Part shown: positions 44,827 to 55,562 of the stretch, in pieces | How the letters are laid out: every line of letters starts with the position of its first letter | How positions within the stretch are numbered: the first letter of the stretch is position 1 | Notes under the pieces: generated by a model | The model's database searches: none | Told to the model about the DNA's origin: nothing | Seen by the model: the letters and a program-made list of their open reading frames with translations, nothing else | NCBI GenBank assembly: GCA_001599295.1 | Contig: BCGN01000010.1 | Span: 248,001-312,000 of the forward strand | Origin: Sporopachydermia quercuum | Taxonomy: Eukaryota | DNA length: 64,000 bases | Direction of reading: 5' to 3' | Made by a program: the position numbers and the translations under genes

Positions 44827-46515
44827 ATGGCTGCTACTAAGGTTGACTATAGTCATCTTCCCTACAACAATTACGTTGTAGATGACTGCTCTGATCCTGA
44901 AAAATTCCAAAAATGGATTCCAAAGATCAAGGCTTACAACAAAGCCCGCGATGATGCTATTGCTCCTTATATCCAAGACATGAATCTTCCTGAAGATATG
45001 GATACTGTTCCATATCTTGATGGACTCTCCTTACCAAAGAAGTATCTTTCCCCAGAAGAGTTTGATATAACTGAAAAATCAGCAACAGAATTAGCTGGCC
45101 TTTTAACAACTGGAAAGCTCACAGCTGTTGAAACACTTACTGCTTTTATCAAAAGAGCTGTCATTGCTCATCAACTTACAAACTGTATTATGGACTTCTT
45201 CCCAGAAGAAGGTCTTGCAAGAGCCAAAGAGTTGGACGCCATTTTCAAGGAAACTGGTAAACCAGTTGGACCTCTCCATGGCTTACCTGTGTCCTTAAAG
45301 GAACATTACGCATTTAAGGACAGAATATTGCATGGTAGTTACGTTGGTATGTTAGATAACGTCAGTAAAGAACATGCAGTCAATACTCAGAATNTATTAG
45401 AAATTGGTGCAGTATTCTTTGTTAGAACCACCGAGCCCCAAGGACTTATGCATCTTGATTCTTTCAACAATATTACCGGAAGAGCTCGTAATCCCAGCAA
45501 CACTACTCTTAGCACAGGAGGATCCTCCAGTGGAGAAGGTGCAATTGCTAAGATGAGAGGTGCCGCATTGTCAGTTGGAACTGATGGTGGTGGATCTATT
45601 AGAGCCCCTTCTGCTTTCAACGGTGTGTATGGACTGAAGGAAAGTGCCAGGCGTATTTCGACTAATGGCTGCCTTGGTCCTTATCCTGGTCAAGAAAATA
45701 ACATCTGTGTTATGGGACCCATTAGCAGATATCCCGAGGATTTGGACCTGTTCATGAAAGCCTCTTTAGCCAACGAACCTTGGAAGAAAGATTCTCATTT
45801 GATTCCATTACCATGGAGAGAAGTACCCGACTGTGATTTAAGCAAGATCAAAGTCGGTATTGTATGGGACGATGGTGTTGTTAGACCTCACCCCACCATT
45901 GCAAGAGGTTTAAAGCACACTGTTGAAAGTTTGAAAAAAGCTGGTGCAACAATCGTTGATTTCAAACCTCCAAATCATGATTTGGCTATGGACACTATCT
46001 TCAAGATTTATTGCTACGATAAGAATGCAATTCAAAAGAAATATTTCAAGTTGAGTGGTGAACCTATCAATAAATCAACATTCTGGTCCATGACATTTGG
46101 AACTGGTGATGAAGGACTTGATATTCTCACTTATGATGAGTTGAACATTATCAGGAATAAAATCAGAGACTCATACTATAACGAGATGGATCAACAAGGA
46201 ATCGATTACATTATCAGTCCTGTTTACGCTGGAACTGCACCAAAACAAGATGAGCTACATTACTGGGGATACACCACTATTTACAACCTGCTTGATTTGC
46301 CAAATTTTGTCTTCCCTACTGGTTGTGTTGGAGATCCAAAGCTTGATGTCGAGGATAAAGACTTTGTTCCTAGAAATGATTATGAAACATATGAGCATGA
46401 AATTTATGAGCCAGAAAAGTACGAAAATGCTCCAATTTGCTTGCAAATGACTGGAAGAAGGTATTTTGATGAAGAGCTTGTCAAAGCAGGTATTGCTCTT
46501 AGTAAAGTGTTGTAA
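44827..46515 (+). CDS. Amidase-signature family enzyme (AmdS/Amd2-like acetamidase/general amidase)
   Basis: GPLHGLPVSLKE (catalytic Lys), GGSSSGEG, GTDGGGSIRAPS (catalytic Ser), YWGYTTIYNLLDLP. Confidence 0.93.
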   Translation: MAATKVDYSHLPYNNYVVDDCSDPEKFQKWIPKIKAYNKARDDAIAPYIQDMNLPEDMDTVPYLDGLSLPKKYLSPEEFDITEKSATELAGLLTTGKLTAVETLTAFIKRAVIAHQLTNCIMDFFPEEGLARAKELDAIFKETGKPVGPLHGLPVSLKEHYAFKDRILHGSYVGMLDNVSKEHAVNTQNXLEIGAVFFVRTTEPQGLMHLDSFNNITGRARNPSNTTLSTGGSSSGEGAIAKMRGAALSVGTDGGGSIRAPSAFNGVYGLKESARRISTNGCLGPYPGQENNICVMGPISRYPEDLDLFMKASLANEPWKKDSHLIPLPWREVPDCDLSKIKVGIVWDDGVVRPHPTIARGLKHTVESLKKAGATIVDFKPPNHDLAMDTIFKIYCYDKNAIQKKYFKLSGEPINKSTFWSMTFGTGDEGLDILTYDELNIIRNKIRDSYYNEMDQQGIDYIISPVYAGTAPKQDELHYWGYTTIYNLLDLPNFVFPTGCVGDPKLDVEDKDFVPRNDYETYEHEIYEPEKYENAPICLQMTGRRYFDEELVKAGIALSKVL

Positions 46516-47129
46516 TTAATACGGAGGCCAGTTGAAAGGTCACATAAAGTTACGTTCCTGAAAGTTTATTTAAAGTTGATCTTGAAAGACTTGACAGAAA
46601 ATAACGGTTCAACCTTATATTGATAGTTATTCTGGACATTTCNGACATCTGATGGAATTCAATCGTTCCTATCCTCATAAGTATAAGTAGAGTTAGTCGT
46701 ATTGAATAAAAAAAATCCAAAATTAAAATTGCTACTATTNTCGATAGACCTGTCTTATTCATATTAAAAACTCATATTGTTTATTCCATTAGTTTACTGT
46801 TTTTGGTCAGAAAGAAAAAAAAAAGAAGGCCATCGTTCTCATCCNACATCCTCAAACTATAATCAGGACCTCTTCCGGACGGAAACTATCTGTGCTCTAC
46901 GTCATGACCCTCCTCGGCGTCTCCGGAATCTAACCTCATCTTATCCTTATCCGTCCCTTCTTTGAAATCCCAGCAGTACATATTTATATACACGGAGATC
47001 CTGCAAGAACAAGTTAGCATTAACATTTATTGATACATATATTAATTATATCAGTGATATCATTAATAAAAGCTGATGATCGAGCTCGTCTTATTCGTTG
47101 AGTATGAAAGAAATGAAGCGTTATGAATC

Positions 47130-48521
47130 ATGAAACCAATAACTCTATATCAGACATCCCTATTTTTAGGACTAGTTTCTTTACCTCCCTTTATGNCTGA
47201 TGTACAAGCTGCTCCATCACCTGCAAGATTTGGCAGTAACAACCTGCAACCCTTATCAACAAATCCTTTTTATTTCAGTCTGCCCAATGATGATGACCTG
47301 CTAGATAATGATGGACAGTATTCCTACTATTTCTACCATCACCAAGATCAAGAACCAAACTTAGTNCTACCACCGATCAACCCAAAACCAAATCCGAAAG
47401 ACAGGACGATCATTCCTGGCGAAATTCCATCATATATACCAAAATACTGTCCTGTTGTTCATCTTTACACTGAAGAAAAATATTTACCGTATGATATTAA
47501 AGAGTACGCTGGACACTTCACTGCAAAGTATGGTAATGGGACCAGCATCACTACAANGCCTCTACATATATCAGAATTGGGATCACTACCTGCCGGGAGT
47601 GAAGTATTTCTCACAGCTACCAGTGATTTTGACAAGGATCCTGAATGGATCACTGGTGTAAAAAACTTACCGAACATTGAAACAGCCGAAATTCCGGATG
47701 CACCGGTGACATTGATCGTAGTGGATAAAGGGTCGGGATGGGTAGATGCATACTGGTTCTATTTCTATTCTTTCAATTTAGGACCTTTTGTTATGGGAAC
47801 AGGACCGTTTGGAAATCATGTAGGAGACTGGGAGCATTCTCTTGTTCGTTTTTACAAAGGAGAGCCTCAGATAGTATGGATGAGTGCTCACGGAGGTGGT
47901 GCAGCATATCATTTTGATGCTATGGAAAAATTGGAGGAAGATAAGAATAGACCGGTTATTTTTTCAGCCAGGGGTACACATGCCAACTATGCAAGCGTTG
48001 GTCAACATAGTCACGATATCCCTTACTCTATGTTGAGTGATTTTACTGACAGAGGAGCTCTTTGGGATCCAGCAAAGAACTTCCTGGCATATACTTGGGA
48101 TGGGACTAATTTAACATATGGCAATGGTTATGTTCATGGTGTAGAAGAAAAGAACAAAGAGCGGGAAAAAGAGTATGGGGACTGGTTGTTATTCGAAGGT
48201 CCTTGGGGAGATAAGATGCTTCCACCTTCAGACCCACGGCAGAAATGGAGTCCCTTTGCATGGAAGTATATTGATGGGCCAACGGGGCCATTGACCAAGA
48301 ATTTAGAGCGAGTAGCTGTTTGCCAAAGAGCTAAATGGTGGAATTTTTGGGGAGGTTGTCGGATAAGACACATGATAGATTTTGGAGAAGGAATTGAATC
48401 AGAAGGTGGTAATTGCGCAAGAGAGTTGAATGGTGTGAAACCATTACTGCTGCAAGTGCTGGTTCGTTTCTCCACTTGGAGAGGCTGGGGCTGTTATTTG
48501 TTGGATCGAATATATGGTTGA
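47130..48521 (+). CDS. VPS62: Vps62 family protein
   Basis: PVVHLYTEEKYLP, VDAYWFYFYSFNLGP, GNHVGDWEH, WMSAHGGG, FSARGTHANY, DFTDRGALWDP. Hydrophobic N-terminus. Confidence 0.88.
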   Translation: MKPITLYQTSLFLGLVSLPPFMXDVQAAPSPARFGSNNLQPLSTNPFYFSLPNDDDLLDNDGQYSYYFYHHQDQEPNLXLPPINPKPNPKDRTIIPGEIPSYIPKYCPVVHLYTEEKYLPYDIKEYAGHFTAKYGNGTSITTXPLHISELGSLPAGSEVFLTATSDFDKDPEWITGVKNLPNIETAEIPDAPVTLIVVDKGSGWVDAYWFYFYSFNLGPFVMGTGPFGNHVGDWEHSLVRFYKGEPQIVWMSAHGGGAAYHFDAMEKLEEDKNRPVIFSARGTHANYASVGQHSHDIPYSMLSDFTDRGALWDPAKNFLAYTWDGTNLTYGNGYVHGVEEKNKEREKEYGDWLLFEGPWGDKMLPPSDPRQKWSPFAWKYIDGPTGPLTKNLERVAVCQRAKWWNFWGGCRIRHMIDFGEGIESEGGNCARELNGVKPLLLQVLVRFSTWRGWGCYLLDRIYG

Positions 48522-49914
48522 TAGGTAGTTCTCTTGGGAAATATGGAAATCCCGCTACAATATGAAGAGTGTATTGTGTATTAGAATTGATTTTGGCATT
48601 GAATTATTAAGTTCTGCTACTTGCTACTGCTTTAAAGGTTAAATAGTCAAAACAAATTTATAACGAGTTGGTGGGTTTTGATAGAATGGTTTTAATGAGG
48701 TATATAATATTAATAGATAGTCATGATAATATATAAGAGATAAAAGACCAGAGTGACATAGAGCGGAAAAGATCCTATTAATCTTTTCCATCTTCTGCTC
48801 AAAGAGCACTTATGCAATGAGATGCAAGAGATAATCTATCGTACACTTTTCTAGTTTGTTGATAATATATCCTGAGCTGGTTTGAAGCAATTGTAGTACT
48901 TTATTATAATTCAATGGTGTGATACATGCGCTTATTCTGTAGGTTAGAATCCAAGCACATAGCTTATCTAGCCTACTGATCGTTTCTTATTCATGTGCAT
49001 ATGCACTTGAATCTGTCAAGCATAGTTTATCCCAATAGAGAGAAANTGACATCTTAAGATTTGATACTAAATAACTTACAAAGATCCATATGTTCAAACA
49101 TTGATAAATAATTGATCTCANAAAGGAATTTCTAACAATCAGGCAAGAAAAACAGTTGATATTCTCGAGTCTTTCTATTACAAAGCTATCTGTTCAGTAT
49201 TCATATCTCTCTTCTTCCCCCCAAATGTCACGTATCATCGCTTCTTCCTTATCTCTCGCATTCCTCTCTGGTGTTTGGAGGCAGAAATCACTTGATCTTT
49301 GAAAATTGTACTACGAAAATAATCCATACAAACGACAAAGAAAAACCAGTTAGATATTATAGAAACATAGAAAAACCAATAGAAAAGTCTAATGTTTACT
49401 ATATTAAAATCGGCTAAATTGATCATAAACTGACCATATAAACGATTGCTTTAATCTTGTTTTACCGAGACTTAAGACGGTGACAATTTGCTATTTTTGA
49501 CTGGCCGTAAGCAAAACTGAGTATCTGATTGGCTCAGCGCTTCATCGCTTTATACTAAGCATATAAAGAGAATAACCACTGATAAATTGGATATTTGATG
49601 GTAGTTTCTTACTGGATTTTATTGGTTTCCGACTGTTATTTTGATAGAGATAGCTTTTGTTTGCTGCAGCGGAAGCGATAAGTAACGAACCCTCATTGAA
49701 CTACTCATCTGTCTATCAGTGGTGTACCATAGAAATAGCATAGCATATGCATAACATGAGTGTTTGTTTGATTGAAGGTCAGTTGTGAGAACCTATTTCT
49801 ATTGAACTTGCTGTTTTTGTTTTGTTGTTATTTGTTGTTTGTTTTCACTGATTTTATTCTATATTTCACTCAATGATCATGTATATGGCTTGGAGAATAT
49901 AGCAGACTATAGCG

Positions 49915-52518
49915 ATGAAAAGAAGTAAGTTGATGCTGTTTCGGCATCAGCTTACAACTGTTACAAATGAGGCAGTTTCGGGGATGGTACGGAGAAGATA
50001 TTCTATTGAGTGTGCAGAAAGTAACGGAGAAAATAGCGGGGAGAAAACGCGGGCCGGAAGAAGTTGTAGAATACGGAAATGCTCGGAACAGATGTTAGGA
50101 AACCCAAACTGGGTCTTTCTACGACAAAACTCAAGCGTAGCATGGTTACATCCAATTCGTTATACAGCGAACAAAGATTCAAGTTTGGAATCTGATAAAC
50201 CTATATCGGCATCTATTTCTGTATCTATTTCCTCTCCGGATAAAATTGCCCAAGCAAAAGAGCTTAACAAGAATACTTCAACTGATTACCTACTTGATTC
50301 AGCAACCAAATTAGCATTTGATTTAGTGAACAGCCAAACCACGAAACAAATAACGCAAAAGGAATTAGTAGCACTAATGAAAGGCTGCTATTTCAAGTCA
50401 AAAGCTCGGCTCGGAATGAAGCTGTTCATGAAATATAAATCTAAGTTTCCCACAACAGAAATGACAACTCAATTGATAGACATAGTCCTCCGAACTGCCT
50501 TCCGAGCTAGATGTTTTTCTCAATTTGATGCTATTTATTCGTTAACAACGGAAGTCAGTCCCAGTATTCAATATATGGCTTTAAATTGTTATATTCAAAT
50601 GCGGAACATCACATTAGCTAAACAGTTATTCTTTCAAATGATTCACAGCGGGACTGATCTACCCTATTGCATCCTTTCCGATTATCTCCGAGGACTTCGA
50701 AATAACTCCGGAAACATTCAAGAATTGATTGATGCTCTTGCATTATGGAAAAGAACGGGGAAACCCATTTCGGAAGACGCTTATGCTGAAATGTACCGAG
50801 GTTATCTCACTCTGGGCGAACTAGTAGAAATTGATCAATTCGAGAGAACTTTGAAGGGGGTTGCAGTGTATAATTCTTTCCCTGTACAGTATGCAAAACT
50901 CAGACATTTATGTCGAAATGCACGGTTTGATGAAGCATTTGATTTAGTAGAAATGTGGCAAACGTCATTAACTGGCTATTTCAAATCAACAAATACATTG
51001 GATTTAAGAGATCAGTTGAGGCTGAAGAATATGTACTTATTTATTATGAAACTGGCAGTGAAATTGAACTATCCTCAAGAGTTATACAAAACTATGAAAA
51101 TATACGCAGAAGATGGATTTGAAATTGATAAGGAAATCACCACTTTATACTGTGTTCTATTTGTTAGAAATAAGAACTTCAGATTTGCTTTCAATCTATG
51201 TAAGAAAGTGAAGGAATCGGGTGAAAATTACGACGGAGTATATTTCTCATTATTAAGACAAGCATACTTGCAACAATATCCACATGCAACTGCAAGGTTT
51301 GTTCAAATGTTGGTGAAATCAAATTTATTACAGGATGTACCTGGTTCAAATAATGAATATTCCCAACCCGGATACTCGGGACCGAACCTCATATTAAAGA
51401 AAATAAGAACACATAGGGCAGAAAGGCCAAATTACATTTTGACCCAAGTGACCGAAGAGCAGAATTCGGAACAAGGATTTCGGAAGAGGTTTGGAAACTA
51501 TTTTCGAAATCGGGAGATCAATCACGTGACGGAACTTTTCGATGAAATTGTCCGGTTAGGAATCAAACCATCATTTTCATTATTATATTATCTGGTTGGA
51601 CAGTTTCTTAAATTACGAATGGTGAAAGAAGCAACAATTGTGCTGGATCGAATGAATGAATTTGGCTATGTTGGCTCAATGAAAGTAGAACTACTAATAT
51701 TGAAGTATAGAATCCGAGAGTTTGTTCCTGACGATCGCTATGAAATACTTGAAAGAAAGAGCTCGAAAGACGTTGTTAACTATGCAAGATATAATGAATA
51801 TGGATTAAATGAATATTCAAACAGCTTACAATTCACCAAGTTTGGTGGTGCAGCAAATAAATGTGTTGGTATGATAACAGAATATATCACTGAGAATTTC
51901 GATAAGCTTGATGGGAAAACATTTGTAACATTAGGATTTGAGTGTGTCAGATTATCAGAAACATCATTAGCATTGAAGTTATTACAGCAAGCAATTATAA
52001 AAGTAGCACCAGATATTGAAAAATATGCCGATTTTTCTACTCGTTTTTATATCCCACCGAAATTTGTATTAGATCTTGTGTTTGGAATCTCTGATGAGAG
52101 CTTAACAGGGTTACCGACAGTGAAATGGTCAGAAATTAAAGAAGATATGTGCATCCGATTTGAGTCTATTCATTATAAATTGTTGCTGAAGATTTTAGTT
52201 TATGACGAACAGTATGAAAAGATTCACCAGCTAGCGAAATGTATACTTGATGATAAGAAACTGTCCATGGAAATAGGGCAACCGTTTTTAACAGAAGTAA
52301 AAGATTCAATTAGACATTTATATCAAAAAAGAGAACAATTAGACGTCCCCAACGAGTTTTTAAGAGATTTTGTTATAATTTACAGAGAGTTAAAAGATAG
52401 AAGAAAACAATTTATAGATATTAGTTTTCAAGATGGGAAAGAGTTGACAGAGTTTATAGTTGGGTGGAAATGGGAACGAGATGAGAAATGGAGGCTAGAT
52501 AATATGGAGAAGAAATGA
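49915..52518 (+). CDS. Mitochondrial PPR-like protein
   Basis: Basic N-terminus. Helical repeats such as AKQLFFQMIHSG and ELFDEIVRLGIKPSFSLLYYLVGQFLKLRMVKEATIVLDRMNEFG. CTTGTAAATA Puf3 site downstream. Confidence 0.65.
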   Translation: MKRSKLMLFRHQLTTVTNEAVSGMVRRRYSIECAESNGENSGEKTRAGRSCRIRKCSEQMLGNPNWVFLRQNSSVAWLHPIRYTANKDSSLESDKPISASISVSISSPDKIAQAKELNKNTSTDYLLDSATKLAFDLVNSQTTKQITQKELVALMKGCYFKSKARLGMKLFMKYKSKFPTTEMTTQLIDIVLRTAFRARCFSQFDAIYSLTTEVSPSIQYMALNCYIQMRNITLAKQLFFQMIHSGTDLPYCILSDYLRGLRNNSGNIQELIDALALWKRTGKPISEDAYAEMYRGYLTLGELVEIDQFERTLKGVAVYNSFPVQYAKLRHLCRNARFDEAFDLVEMWQTSLTGYFKSTNTLDLRDQLRLKNMYLFIMKLAVKLNYPQELYKTMKIYAEDGFEIDKEITTLYCVLFVRNKNFRFAFNLCKKVKESGENYDGVYFSLLRQAYLQQYPHATARFVQMLVKSNLLQDVPGSNNEYSQPGYSGPNLILKKIRTHRAERPNYILTQVTEEQNSEQGFRKRFGNYFRNREINHVTELFDEIVRLGIKPSFSLLYYLVGQFLKLRMVKEATIVLDRMNEFGYVGSMKVELLILKYRIREFVPDDRYEILERKSSKDVVNYARYNEYGLNEYSNSLQFTKFGGAANKCVGMITEYITENFDKLDGKTFVTLGFECVRLSETSLALKLLQQAIIKVAPDIEKYADFSTRFYIPPKFVLDLVFGISDESLTGLPTVKWSEIKEDMCIRFESIHYKLLLKILVYDEQYEKIHQLAKCILDDKKLSMEIGQPFLTEVKDSIRHLYQKREQLDVPNEFLRDFVIIYRELKDRRKQFIDISFQDGKELTEFIVGWKWERDEKWRLDNMEKK

Positions 52519-52609
52519 GAATTGATAGAAGGTATAAGGATTATTTGATGATGAGTTGCATGATAGGATTGTCCTAGAAGTTTTATATTCAAGTACTAAT
52601 AGCATTAAT

Positions 52610-52619
52610 CTTGTAAATA
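52610..52619 (+). promoter_or_regulatory. Puf3-binding element in 3' UTR
   Basis: CTTGTAAATA matches CNUGUAHAUA, about 90 nt after the stop of a mitochondrial PPR gene. Confidence 0.55.
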
Positions 52620-53406
52620 TTATAATAGAGTTCACTTGATGTAGGTTTATGTAGGTTTAATGTATGTTGCTAGGTATGGGGTAATAAATTTCATTTGCTT
52701 TTCACGAATACAGAGATTTTGAATGGCCTCAGCATATAACTAAATTATATAAGGAGATTGCTATAGATATTTCAAAAATTAATAATTACCATTATTAGGA
52801 TATTCGGAATATTCATTGCACTGTGTCCTTCGAAATACAGTGAAAAGAAAAAGAGTGTACTCACATACCAACTATACGGCATCACGTGACAAATGCTTTT
52901 CTGCGGAGTCTCAAATTACCAGCTTGTATCTATTCAGACTAAAGAAGTTTCAGGTAACGGCATCATTAGGCTCAGAATACAGTATCTTAGCTACTTCAGT
53001 TATTGCTTGAAGCATATTATTAACTGAATCAATTCTTTCTCAAATATTCCAGTCATGATCACGTCATCTTAAACTTATTAGTTTCTTCATTCTTCCCATC
53101 CAGTGTAATGCACAATTATGTATAACTATGCACTTGCTTTCTTAATAAACATTCTTCGTTTGATTTCTTAGATTATCTTATCTTATGAGAATAACAGATT
53201 TGAATGACATTTGTTCAGTTTCAACTAATTCTTGCAAAGAAGAGGCCTAGGCTTCGCTATAGAACGGGATTGATACCTCCGGCTTGATAGAAACACCTAT
53301 CTAGCGCATACTTCATTCTTCAGGTCATCATCTTTGTTTGCCATTGGCCATTGACATTATCATCATTATTACCATATCATACATAGTATAAGTGACTTCA
53401 GACGCA

Positions 53407-55147
53407 ATGGATTCAGACTCTCAGGTGAAATTTGAGGTTGAACCTGAAGAGAGCTCCAGCACGTTTGATGTGGTTAAGATTGATGCAAATCAGCTAAGAA
53501 ATGAAGAAGAGATTCTGTCTCATGTGAAAACCGAAGAAAGACATGGTGATGGTTCTTCGATAGAACGAACAGATTCTGGTAGTAAGGATTCTCCAACTAA
53601 CAGTCCTGCTGCTGCTGCATCGTTATCCTCAATAGCTAAGTCAGCAAAAGCATCGAATACTACACCTCCTAATGCAACCTCTAATACAGCTTTCCATATA
53701 GCTTCCAATGTAATTCCCCACTCAAGCTCAAACTCATTGCCAACCAATCCTACAGACCCATCGAACACATCAAAAGCAAGCATTATGTCTAATGCAGTAA
53801 TAGCAGCTAAAAGGCATTCAAAATCTGGCTGGACAGTTGAAGGCATAATTGATAATTTGGTATGAACATCGTTTACTTTCTAATAATGTAAACAAGCAAT
53901 TTACTAACTAGAATCTTCCTCTCTTGCTTTCAGAGCGATGAATCTCTTAGACCATTATGCAAAATGCTCATATCATCATTAGAATGTGATGTATGTGAAG
54001 ATATTATGTTTATACCGTTAGTATTACCTTGTGGACATACATTCTGTTATAATGTAAGTAAATGAATAATAGAGAGCCAGATCACTATTTTAATAGGATA
54101 CAAACTGTCATTTCGTATCAACAAAACAAACGCATGCTAATTATATCTAGTGCTTATTGAGCTGGTTTGTCAATCAGAAATCATGTCCAACATGTAGAGC
54201 AAATGTGACAGAGCTGCCAGCTATCAATCAGAAGGTAAGTTTCTATTAGTCTAAGTGGCATTTTCTATCACTGCTGGTGAATATCTTGTCGATGTAGACT
54301 GAATATCATGAAGTATATATGAGTATATGCAAAATGACAGAGAGAGATATTCTCTCAGTTCATCAAAACTTGATACTGAGATCAATAAATGCTAACACAC
54401 GTATAGCTTCGCACAATGGCTCGGCACTTTTATGACACTATTGTCGCTTTGGATATGCCTGAGAGTATGGTGCTGAAAGAACTCAACCTAGAAGTGACGA
54501 GAATATATAGAAATCACGCTGAATCAGAAACAGGAATGTTTCCAAATATTTTCTCGGATTCTGAGAAAGTGTATGTTGATGCTGAAGATAATGTCGCTAG
54601 GTGTGGTGCATGCCATTGGGAAGTTCGAGGAAACTTCTGTGGGCATTGTGGGGCACATTTGAGGGATGCAACAGATGAATTTGCTCAACTGCGACTTCGT
54701 TTAGAGGATGAGGAAGATGCTCAAGAAATGATGGATTTCGAAACATTTTCTGATGATAATAGTGGAATGGATGAAGAGGACAGGAATTTCATTGATAATA
54801 GAGATGAAAGTGAATTGTCAGAAGCTGATGACGATTGGGATTTGGGAGAAGAGGATGAATTTGATGGACAAGATGCCAATGTGATGGGGTATACAATTAA
54901 TGATAATTGGTGGGATGGCGGTAGTGATGAAGAAGAAGATGAGGATGAGGATGAGGATGAGGATATATCTGACCTCGTCAACGATTCTGTTAGTAGTGAC
55001 GGATCCATAATAGGATCAGGAAGAAGAAAAATCGCTAGAGTACCGGAGAGTCTAAGGAGAAGAGGAGGTAATGGAGTATTTCCTTCATATATGATGCGTG
55101 GGGATTCTGATGAAGAAAATGAAGACGCTGATGAAGATGAAGATTAG
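53407..55147 (+). CDS. PSH1: C3HC4 RING E3 ubiquitin ligase, Psh1-like; 3 introns
   Basis: Exons are 53407-53859, 53934-54053, 54151-54234 and 54407-55147. Donors are GTATGA/GTAAGT/GTAAGT; branch points TACTAAC/TGCTAAT/TGCTAAC. The spliced RING reads CDVCEDIMFIPLVLPCGHTFCYN|CLLSWFVNQKSCPTCR, followed by RCGACHWE..CGHC and an acidic tail. About 465 aa. Confidence 0.75.
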
Positions 55148-55562
55148 TTAGATGATCACGGTTGATCTAATAGTGAGAATTTATTTCATAAGAATGAGGG
55201 AAATTGAAATAAATATGGCGATAATGATAACATTCAATAGTGTTTCTGATATGGAGTTTGCTTCTCAGCCCACGGACAATTATCTTCTTTGGTTATGGTT
55301 ATGATTGGAAATAGAAAAAAATAGTAATGGTGAAGGGAATGGTTTGTTAAGTCGTCTCTTTATATAAAGACAAATAGAAATGATAGTGTATCTGGTATGA
55401 TCTTTCTTAATGTCTGGTTTGAAAAAGTTGTTAATAGTCAAAATAATTATTAGTATTTTCGATTAAAAGGTACCTGTACTTCCGAATTGAAGAAGACTAG
55501 AAAAATAATTGAATCATATTGGTTGAAAATAAGTAAAACATTAACCGGCTGATTATCGGTGA

